A stretch of DNA of 59,947 nucleotides from Sarea resinae (taxonomy: Eukaryota), in NCBI GenBank assembly GCA_026026165.1, contig JAPEUD010000022.1:248001-307947 (forward strand). The letters are read 5' to 3'. The position numbers were made by a program, and so were the translations under genes. Below the pieces are notes generated by a model that ran no database searches, was not told the origin of the DNA, and saw only the letters and a program-made list of their open reading frames with translations. This document shows positions 50,091-59,947 of this stretch, piece after piece (position 1 is the first letter of the stretch; the number at the start of each line of letters is the position of its first letter).

Positions 50091-51173
50091 ACTATCAGAA
50101 TCGAATAAAAATGAACGACATGGTGTGTATGGCCCCATCCTCTCCTTTCCCCTTTCCCCTCCAGTCAATAACTCTCTTTCGCACCCGTTCCCATCCGATC
50201 TCAGGCTCAAGGAACACCATATCACACAGCCCCGACCCGACCCAGCCCAACATACTAACAAGCCACCAGCCTTCCCGCCAGACATCAGCCACCCCGCCCA
50301 GAAAACATCCCCCTCCTCCCGATCCTGTTAAGAAAGGGGAGATCTTACAAGATCTTCTATCCTATCCGATCCGATCCCATCCCATCCCATCATACCGGGG
50401 ATCGTGTAATCCAATCTCCGAGCAGCTCAAAACCTGGCGTCGAGGGATCGATCGAGGCTCCGAGGAATTAGCGGTTTGGTTGCGGAAGTTCAGCAGTGGG
50501 GTGGTTGAGAGGGGGGCTGGTGATTGTATTTGCTCGGTCTTGTGAAGAGGGGTAGTTAGCTAGCACTACCTTAGGTACCTTATATACACGGTTCTCTCTT
50601 CGTGAGCGAGCCAGTGAGCGAGCTGGGAGGCTCTTCCTCCTTTTCTACCTCCCTGGCTACCTATCTACCTACCTTACCTAGCTAGTAACCTCCCCGTTAT
50701 CTCAAGCAATGACATGGTTTAGTCTTCTTATGATGTCTCCAAGGTATCCTTTATGGTGCTGATAGTTAAAGAGAGAGGGAGGGAGGAGCCTGCCTACTGG
50801 GTTCAACTATACGCCTCTCACGTAGGGTTGGTGGATTATTCTGTTCTCCTCCAGTAGGAAACTCGGACATAGCACAGACGACACGAAAGCAACCGACTAG
50901 GCATGTATGTGTATGGGGTGGTCAACAATGTCAATGCGATCGATATGAATGTGGAGTAATCTTCGTATATTTTCCCGCAATATGGATATGCGTGCAAGCG
51001 TATTGGCCAGAGTATGTTCTCATTGGATGAAGAAGTGCTCCCTACATATGATACAACATCCCCCTCCACTCTCCTTTCGCCCCTCCCCTACCCCTGCATT
51101 GAGCTCTCCTTCAATCGGCCTTCTCATTCCAGATGCCACCAAACGCGGGTCGGCAAAAGATCCGATCGCACAT

Positions 51174-52388
51174 CTAAGACTCGGAGGCGGCGGCACCGGT
51201 GATAATTTCGACCAGCTCGCCCGTGATGACGGCTTGACGGGTGCGGTTGAAGAGGATCTGGAATTTGTTGATCATGTCGCCGGCGTTCTTGGAAGCATTC
51301 TGTTTCCAGGTTAGGATGGGGCTCGACTTGGACTACAAGCGTTTGGCTGATAGGATAACTTACGTCCATGGCGTTGCGTCTGGCTGAGATCTCGCAGGCA
51401 TGGCCTTCGGCGAGGGCCTAGGATTGATTGTCAGTGGATGGATCTCAGTTGAATACGGATGGGACTACTTGCCCAGTAGAGAGTGTTAGCCAGAGCGTAC
51501 TCGCGGAGATTGGAGAGCACCTCGTCGTCAATCTCGAAAGCGGCAAAGTTGGCTATGGAGAGGGTTAGCCCTGAATCACCAGATCCTTAATGGTGAGAAG
51601 ACTCACGAGAGTTGAGGATAGCCTCTTCGTTGAAAGCCAGAATGGGGGTCGGCTCGTAGCTCGTGGCGTTGACGAACTTGTTGTACAGGATCTGGATGTC
51701 CGAGTAGTCGGTCGGCAGCGAAACAATCTGATCGGCAATGGCTTGAGCGTCGGCGAAAGTGGGCACGTCCTTGCCGACGTTGGAGAAGCTGAGAACGATG
51801 TTCTTGCTGTTCGATCGACCTAGCTGTGCCTTTGACTTCTCACCCAAGACCACAATGTCCGCATCGGGCTTCTCGGCCAGCATGCGTCGGGTCGCCTTGC
51901 TCAGACCGGAGTGGATACCACCGCAGAGACCCTTGTCCGAGCTGGCCACGACAATCAAAGTCTTCTTTCCCTCACCCTCGAGGGGCTTCGTCTCGGCCTT
52001 GTCGAAGACGGTCTTGGAGTTCTCGCCGTAGACGCGGGACTCGGTCATGGCGCGCTGGGCACGGGTGAGCTTGGTCGAGGCCACAATCTTCATCGTCTTG
52101 GTGATCTTCTCGATGTTTCGGATCGACTTGAGACGGCCTTCGATTTCACGGAGCGTCGCGAAGTTGGCAGCATTGGGGGCCACCGGCCTGCCGAGGGGAG
52201 CCGCAAGGGCATCTGTTAGACCAATTGGGGCTGATGAAGGGGTGGGATGGCTTGAAATGACGATGCCGATTGCTTTGACGTCGTCTCTCTCCGGCTTTGA
52301 AGGTTCTGGGGGAGAAGGAAAATGCTTACCGGGCGACAGCCGCAGCACCGGCTCGGAGAGCGGGACGAGCAGCTCTCGACAACATCAT
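51174..52388 (-). CDS. ATP3: Mitochondrial ATP synthase F1 gamma subunit
   Basis: [12 protein letters not shown] presequence, [61 protein letters not shown]; 4 introns, one GC-AG. Confidence 0.97.
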
Positions 52389-53686
52389 GGTGCGAAGGAG
52401 TGGAGAGATGGGAAGATGAAGGTGATGATGATGGAGAGAAGAAGGATCAAGCGCCGGTGATCAATGGTCTCGATGAGAACTACTCGAGTACGAACGAACT
52501 GCTCGGCACTGAATTCAATTTCCCTGATGGAGGTCGAGGAAGGGGTCGACGGAGGCGGTCTCTCGGCAAAGAGCAGAGAGGTACTGGTGACGCTCGACGG
52601 GGCGCCCCGCTCGCGCACCGGGACGCGTACCGAGTACTTCGGATGGCGGGACCAGGAGCACGGCAACCGTACGAAGTCGAGCCGCAAGCCCAGTCCGCTT
52701 GGCCAGATCCCGTGACCGTGATGGCGTCCAGGACTTTGTCGCTGGGGTCGCTCTCGTCGCGCTGTGCACCTCCTGCACGGGCAGATACTGCCTCTCTACC
52801 TCGTCCGACGTACCCACCTGCTCTCCTGCGTACTTACTATGATACTTCCAAGGTTACCTACTACGTCGTACATCCGATGAAGTACTGGGTAGTACTTCAT
52901 CCGGTACCGACTACCGCGTACACTCCAGTACTCCCGTCCAGTCCAGCCCGGCCAGGCTGCGCGGCGCCGACGGGCAAAGAGAGGCCAGAAGGCGAAAGCG
53001 CCCAAAGTCGGAAATTCCATGCTCCCTCTTGCCATCTACCAAAGATTTGACGGCTACGGCTTCGCCTTCTCTTCCTCGTGTCGGTCTCCTTCAGGTACAG
53101 GCCCTCAATATCAAGGTACGGAGTGACTAGCTTCCCTCTCCCTCTTGCCCTCTTGCCCTCTTGCCCTCTTGCCCTCTCTCCCTCCTTCCTTCCTTCTTTT
53201 CTTCCTCATTCCTTCTTTGCTTTTCCGTGCCCCATTCCCATTGCCGCCCACCGTCAACAATCCTTCCTTCCTGCCTTCCCTACCCTCCTCCTCTTCCAAC
53301 CCTCTTTAGGCCCACCTGCCTTACCTCACCTTCCTCACTGCGTGGGCTCAGCTAATCACTCACTCACCTGCTTCAAGATTCCACCTTCACTTGCATTCAC
53401 TCTCACTCCCTCGACCATTCTCAGCAAGTTCGTTGCCACTGGCAATTCGTTTTTCTTCTCATACTGCCTTCGACGATCTCTTGGCCCAAGTGGCCCAAGC
53501 GTCTCAGGAATTGCCGTGCGAGCTGAGCGTCTCAACCCTCACTTCAGCTGCGGCCTCATCTCGCAAACGCGTCAGAACGGTCGCCATCCACGCGTTGCAA
53601 TTACAACAGGCCCTCAATTTCCTGCTACCAGGTCCCCGAACCGGAAACTCCATTTCCTGAGGAACCAGATCCGCATTTTGCCCATC

Positions 53687-56600
53687 ATGAGTTCCTCAGA
53701 CGATGATGCGCCCTTGGCTCGCAAGACGAATGGCTATTCGAATCATGGTAAGTCGATATCCAGCATCTTCGTCACGCTCGGTTGTTGTTTTCGACCTCTT
53801 GAATATGGCGTTAGAGCATTGCCGACTCGCCCAGCTACGACACTCTCTGCCCGCGCTGACCCATCAAATTTTTGTCGTGCACCACTTGCTCTTCGACTGT
53901 CGCTAACTCCTTTTGTCAGCCGAGTCTGCTCTATCGAAGGAAAAGGTTTCCGAAAGCGTGGATAAGGCGATGAATCGGAACAATCCTTCTGGTGATCACG
54001 TCGACCCCGGAATTTCACTTCGCAATGGCCCAGTAATCGAAATGGATATCGACGAACCCAATACCAATGGTGCCCTGACAAATGGTACCGGAGCAGGTAA
54101 ACGGAAGGCTCCAGGTCGCCGAGCGAGTGGAAAGACCTATAAAGAGGAGAGCAGCGACGAGGATGATCAACCTTTGGTGCGTTACCATTCCCGATGGCCC
54201 CTTTGAGACGAATCTGCGCCACGCCTTGCTTTGTTCATACACTGCCTCGTGGACCACAGCGCTGATCCTTCGATAGACTAAACGACGACGGACCTCGGCC
54301 GCCCAACGTCAGGCAGTATCCAGCTCAGACTCTGACGATGAACCCCTAGTGGCGAAGAAGAATAAGCGTCAATCGTCGTCCCCGACTCTCCTTCGCAAGC
54401 CCCACAAAGTCACCGAGGCAGATGTCGGCGAGTCTTCTGACTCTGATACTCCCTTGGGTGCAAAGCTGGTGAAAGAGAAGGCGGTCATCGAGAAACGCGC
54501 AGAGAAGGAGGCCAAAGCGATCCGCAAGGAAGAGAGGCAGTCCGCTGCAGCCAAGAAGCAGCCATCGAAGCAAGCCGCCGCGTCAAAGTCTAGAGCAACG
54601 AATGGGAAAAAGCAAACCAACGGTGTCGAGAAGGAAGAATCCGATGACGATGTTCCACTCTCCCGAAAGGCGCCAACCCGGAAGCCGAGTACCAGAGTCA
54701 AGTCGGAGTCCGCTACGCCAGCAAAGAAAGCTAGGGGCAAAGCTGTCAAGCAAGAACAAACGCAAGAGGACCTTGAAGCTGAAGCGGAGGAAGACGAGTA
54801 TCGATGGTGGGATGACCCTTCAAAGGGTGATGGGACCAAACGGTGGACAACGCTCCAGCATTCGGGAGTAATCTTTCCGCCTCCCTATGAGCCTTTGCCT
54901 AAGAATGTCAAGCTCCTCTATGATGGTGTACCAGTAACACTGCATCCTGATGCGGAGGAGGTTGCCGGTTTCTTTGGCATAATGCTCAATTCTACCCATA
55001 ACGTCGAAAATCCGACTTTTCAGAAAAATTTCTTCGATGACTTCTCTCAAATTCTGAAAAAGACTGGTGGCGCCAAGGATAGGGATGGGAAACCGGTCAA
55101 GATCAAGGAGTTCTCAAAGCTGGATTTCAAGCAAATCTTCGACTACTATGAAGCCAAGAAAATCGAGAGGAATTCTAGGTCTCAGGCGGAGAAGAAGGCC
55201 GAGAAAGCGGCTAAAGATGAGGCGGAGGCTCCATTCATGTACTGCATGTGGGACGGGCGAAAGCAGAAAGTTGGAAACTTCCGAGTTGAGCCCCCCGGGT
55301 TGTTTCGCGGTCGCGGAGAGCATCCGAAGACTGGCAGGGTAAAAGCACGGGTAGAGCCTGAACAGATTACTATCAACATTGGCAAAGAAGCTACTGTGCC
55401 GACTCCGCCGGAGGGTCATCGCTGGAAGGAGGTCAAGCATGACCAAGAGGGTACATGGCTCGCGATGTGGACAGAAAACATCAACGGCGCCTACAAGTAT
55501 GTCATGCTTGCGGCGAATTCAGACGTCAAAGGTCAGAGCGACTACAAGAAATTTGAGAAAGCGAGAGAACTCAAGGTTAGTGATTCGTTTTCCCCATTCT
55601 GGATGTTTGCTAAGTTGCCTTAGAAATACATCGATCGAATTAGAAAGGATTACACAAAGGATCTCAAGGCAAAGTTGATGGCTGATCGTCAACGTGCGAC
55701 TGCGGTCTATCTGATCGATCAATTTGCTCTCCGAGCGGGCAATGAGAAAGGAGAGGATGAGGCAGACACAGTCGGATGCTGTTCGTTGAAATTCGAGCAT
55801 GTTACGCTCAAGCCTCCAAACAAAGTGGTTTTCGACTTTCTGGGCAAGGATAGTATTCGTTTCTATGACGAGGTCGACGTCGATCCTCAGGTCTTCAAGA
55901 ATTTGAAGATCTTCAAAGGTGCCCCGAAACAGGAGGGTGACGAAATATTCGATCGTCTGAACGTAAGCTGCTTTGCCAGTTTGCCTTGCACATGCACATA
56001 CTGATTTTCACCCAGACTAGCTCGCTCAACAAGCATCTCTCCAGCTACATGCCAGGTTTGACTGCAAAGGTGTTTCGTACATACAACGCCTCTTACACCA
56101 TGTCGAATCTCCTCAAGGATATGAAATCTACGGGTAGCATCATGGAGAAGGTCAAGGATTACAACGAGGCGAACCGCAAAGTGGCCATTCTCTGCAATCA
56201 CAAACGTACTGTCACTGCTGGTCATGCGGGCCAGATGGAGAAGATGGCGGATAGAGTATGTATTTTCCTGTCAAGTCCATTCGCAATTAGCGCCAGAACC
56301 CCTTCACGTTCATTGTTCATCCGCTGACTGCCACTGCAGATCAAAGGGCTCAAGTATCAGAAATGGCGGGTGAAGCACATGATGATCGATGTTGATCCCA
56401 AGATCAAGAAGAAGAAGGGTACCCAGTACTTTGAGCTGGATGAAGACCTCGATGAGGACTGGATCAAGGAACATCAGGCGTATCTTGTTCAGGAGCAACG
56501 TCAAAAGATTGAGAAGAAATTCCAAAAGGACAATGAGAAGCTAGTCGCCGATAAGCAAAAAGAGATGAAGCACAAGGAGTTGACCGAACGCCTGAAGGCT

Positions 56601-56971
56601 GCGGATGAGCTTGAGAAGAAGTTCAAGAAAGAGAACAAGACCAAGAAGGTGGAGGCCGAAGGCAAATCTCCCAGTATCGAGAAGCTTGAAGCGAACATTG
56701 AGAAGCTTGACCAGCGCATCGAGACCATGACCTTGCAAGCCGAGGACAAGGAGAGCAACAAGGAGGTCGCGCTTGGTACCTCTAAGATCGTACGTATAGT
56801 CTGTGAGATCTTTTGACAGTACTGACGGATGCGCAGAATTACATTGATCCTCGTCTTACGGTCGTGTTCTCCAAGAAATTCGATGTTCCGATCGAAAAGT
56901 TTTTCTCCAAGACGCTCCGCGAGAAGTTCGAGTGGGCGATCAAGTCCGTCGAGGCAGATTGGGAGTTCTAG
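53687..56971 (+). CDS. TOP1: DNA topoisomerase I (type IB)
   Basis: [58 protein letters not shown], catalytic GTSKI|NYIDPR; TAG at 56969-56971. Confidence 0.98.
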
Positions 56972-58761
56972 AATTGGGCTCTCGCTCGGCTGATCGATCC
57001 CATGCATTCGACGTCCCAGCTGGCGAAGAAGTGCTGCTGGTACACTACCACTCTTTTCTTTTTCTCCGCTGGGATGTTTCTTTGTCTCGGGCAGTTCGGT
57101 CTGATTGCCAGGACGGTTCACTGACCCCGGCTGCCCTCTTGCATATTTGAGCCTCTGGTGGCTGTCCCGAAGTTGGCGGTTGATCACTTCTTCAAGCCAT
57201 TGCCAGATAGCCGTAGCGTTTCATGCATCATTGTTCCACGGTAGCCTTGATCTTTATAAATCCCCAAAAAGAAGCAATTCACGTCAAAGCATTAGCCTGA
57301 AGTCCCACGCCATCTGCATGTGCTCCGTCATTGTGATACCCGGTCCACGCACGTCAGCCCCACTTGCTCATCCGCATCAATCTCGGATAGCCAGTCTTGC
57401 GGGGCCGTGTTCAGCTAGATCAAGCATAGATGGCAGAGGGGGCCGTGGTTGAGAGTTTGCGGGCGAGGGCATCCAGGAATCGTGTCCACTCGATCAGCTC
57501 ACTCGAGTCGTGACTGGGATCGGGGGGGCAGGGAGGGGGGCGAGCGATCGATCAGCCGGCAGACTAGAGAGTCGGCGTCGAAGCTCATCTACCTTGCTCT
57601 ACAATTACCGACGGCCACCACGCGTGGAGGTTCATGCACCGGGCAATGATTGACGGTGTGCTCGCCGGCGCGAGGTCCATTGCGCCATGCATTCGTGATG
57701 GCTATCGAATGCAGCAGTCATGTACTCGGTAGTATGTAGTAGATGCTTTGATCCTTCTCCTGTACTGCATACCGACCCCGTCGTGCGTACTCATCGTAGT
57801 GCGTCCTACATCGGTATACGGAGTACTTCGTACTTCTTACTTCTTCCTCGGGTACGTTGTTGGGTGGTCGCGATGACCGGAAAGCTCTAACGGCAGGGCT
57901 ACCACTCAGATGGCGCAGGGCGCAGGTAGAGGGCAGACCCTTTCCACCTCGTGCATCTTCCGTGCAGATATCTGCTGCCGTGACACTCGCATCGATCGCC
58001 TGCGGCAGCGACGGGGGACGGGGGAAGGGGGAAGGGGAAATTGGGTAATGGGCTTGAAGGGTGCCTACATTAGCGACGTTCCTGGTGCAGGCGGTCAATG
58101 CGGTCAATGCTCAGAGGCCGCGGGCGTGAGAGGACCACGGTTGGAGAAGAACAAGACGAAAAAAGACGACATCGAAGTCGCAGAAGGAGCGTCGAGGACG
58201 AGGGCTGTACGGCGTACACATGGCTCGGGCATCCTCGGGCCCATCCCGAACCATCATGAGGACAGTCAGGCACTCGATAATAATAGCAGAGGAAGATATC
58301 TTTCTTGTTTACCGCAGTAGGCGTCCGTCGTTCATGAACGTGCCCCCTCCCACCGCCCCCCTCCCACCCGCCGCCCCCTGCCCCCTATCACCCTCCGGGA
58401 CACTAACTCAGACTACTATCGCCCCCCCGTGACCTCATCTTCCAGTCTCGCCCTCACCACTATCTCGCTGCTGCCCGACGGATGGCACGAAATGGTCTAG
58501 AGGAGTCAGTCGAAGGCGTACTACGTAGAGCACCGAGGCCCTGATGCACCGATGCACTGATGCATCGATCTCCAATCTCCCTCTTGTCGCGACGCTTTCT
58601 CTTGTTGTCTCTTTGCCCTTCCACTCCTTTCCGATCTTCTGATTCCCCTTCCGCTTGCCGCCTGCCGCTTGCCACTTTCCGCGCTGCACCCGGGGAGCAG
58701 CCAGCCTTCTTCTTTTTACACATCTCACTCCTCTGAATTCTATATCTCCTCAGCAAAGCCT

Positions 58762-58780
58762 CCCCCCCCCCCCCCCCCCC
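58762..58780. repeat. poly(C)19 tract
   Basis: Homopolymer about 130 nt upstream of the epimerase ATG; a G15 tract lies at 59898-59912 in a later intron of that gene. Confidence 0.9.
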
Positions 58781-58912
58781 ACACTCCCTCTGCTGTACGT
58801 TACTCAGGGGTCTCGTTCTTGGGTTTGGTCCTCGTTTGCGATAGCGTTCCCGCTCGATCCAAACTTTGCTTTGCCTCGGTAGTCGGAACCCTTACGAAAG
58901 TACGCCCCCAAG

Positions 58913-59947
58913 ATGACCGACGTGGTGGGGCAGGACGTCCCCACCCCGTTCGATGGAGAGAAACCCTCAGTCCTGATCATTGGAGGTTTGGGTATGCCAA
59001 CATCTTCACCTGCTTTTCACTTGTTCGGAGATTGATGATCTGTATCGACAGGTTACGTGGGTCGTTTCCTGGCATTGCACATCCACAAGAACAATCTCGC
59101 ATCCGAAGTCCGCTTGGTCGACAAGGTTCTGCCGCAGCTGGCATGGCTTGCGCCCGAGTTCGAAGAGGCATGCTCGCCGGACAAATTCATGCAGGCTGAT
59201 GCCTCAAGAAAAGGTCCGTCTATCTTCCTACCCATCCACAAAGGTCCCAAAAGTTAACAGTGTGCATTGGCTCGAAACAGAAGCCGTTGAGCGTGTCTTC
59301 GACCGGCCGTCGGGAAAGCAATGGGACTACGTCTTCAACTGTGCCAGCGAAACCCGGTATTCGCAAGACGATGAGGTCTACCGTCTACGGTCGACTGACC
59401 TGTCCGTCGCCGTCGGCCGTGAGGCCGCCAAACGCGGTGTGAAGTGCTTCGTCGAGCAGTCACTAGGGATGGTATATAAGCCGGACCCCACGCCGCGAAA
59501 AGAAACCGACAAGATCAAGCCCTGGCTGAAGATGGCGAAATGGAAGCTGGTGGCCGAAGAAGAGCTGGAGAAGATGGAAGGGCTGAACCTGGTGGTGCTG
59601 CGATTACCGCACGTGTACGGCGATTATGCGAGTAAGCATGTGGGCACGGCGTTGAGTCTGGCGCGCGTGTACCAGCATCTCGGCGAGGAGATGAAGTGGC
59701 TATGGGATAAGGATCTGCGGACGAATACGGTACATGTGCATGACGTGGCGCGGGCCATGTGGACGGCGGCCGAGTGGTATGCGCACGGGAAAAAGGGGTG
59801 GGATACCAGTTGGGGCAAGACGCCGATCTTCAACATCGTCGACCACGGCAACACCTGTAAGTTTTGAAATTTCGTATCCACCGATTAAGCTATTTTTGGG
59901 GGGGGGGGGGGGACGGGAGGGCGGTCTTGACCATGCACTAACGCAAA
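58913..59947 (+). CDS. NAD-dependent epimerase/dehydratase (extended SDR), runs off the window end
   Basis: SVLIIGGLG|YVGRF Rossmann motif across intron 58992-59051, VDK, DYVFNCA, LRLPHVYG, NTVHVHDVARA, FNIVD. Confidence 0.85.

Noticed and set aside
52322..53050. 242-aa plus-strand ORF in the ATP3/TOP1 divergent promoter
   Set aside because: GC-rich, low-complexity translation overlapping ATP3 exon 1 antisense; no domain recognised.
1..59947. Transposons, RIP-degraded AT-rich relics, telomeric arrays, CRISPR or a biosynthetic gene cluster
   Set aside because: No transposase or RT motifs, terminal repeats, TTAGGG arrays or PKS/NRPS genes seen; neighbouring genes are functionally unrelated.

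Overview
Gene-dense, intron-rich nuclear DNA from a filamentous ascomycete (Pezizomycotina-type GT..CTRAC..YAG introns). I traced 23 protein-coding genes, mostly housekeeping: a Sel1-repeat Dsf2/Nif1-like protein, VPS53, a GH18 chitinase, YTH1, two F-box proteins, MSH1, YDJ1, FCY1, HEM12, TRM82, RPP0, a GNAT, calnexin, methylmalonate-semialdehyde dehydrogenase, a 5-exon GRGGxGNI-repeat (PAR32/DUF3602-like) gene the ORF track only shows in fragments, a mitochondrial Pi/Cu carrier, a CBS protein, a BAH-PHD reader, an OCA2-like pseudophosphatase, ATP3, TOP1 and a truncated NAD-epimerase. I found no transposon, rRNA, complete tRNA or secondary-metabolite cluster. The best unexplained signal is a ~370-nt hairpin-dense non-coding stretch at about 49720-50090. 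It has TATA, A-box, T5 and B-box elements plus snoRNA-like boxes, and I cannot assign it to a known RNA family. Smaller leads are a possible C/D snoRNA in the YDJ1 5' UTR intron, upstream presequence-like extensions, unusual splice sites and promoter-side GTAC clusters. All gene models and folds were worked out by eye; no searches were run.
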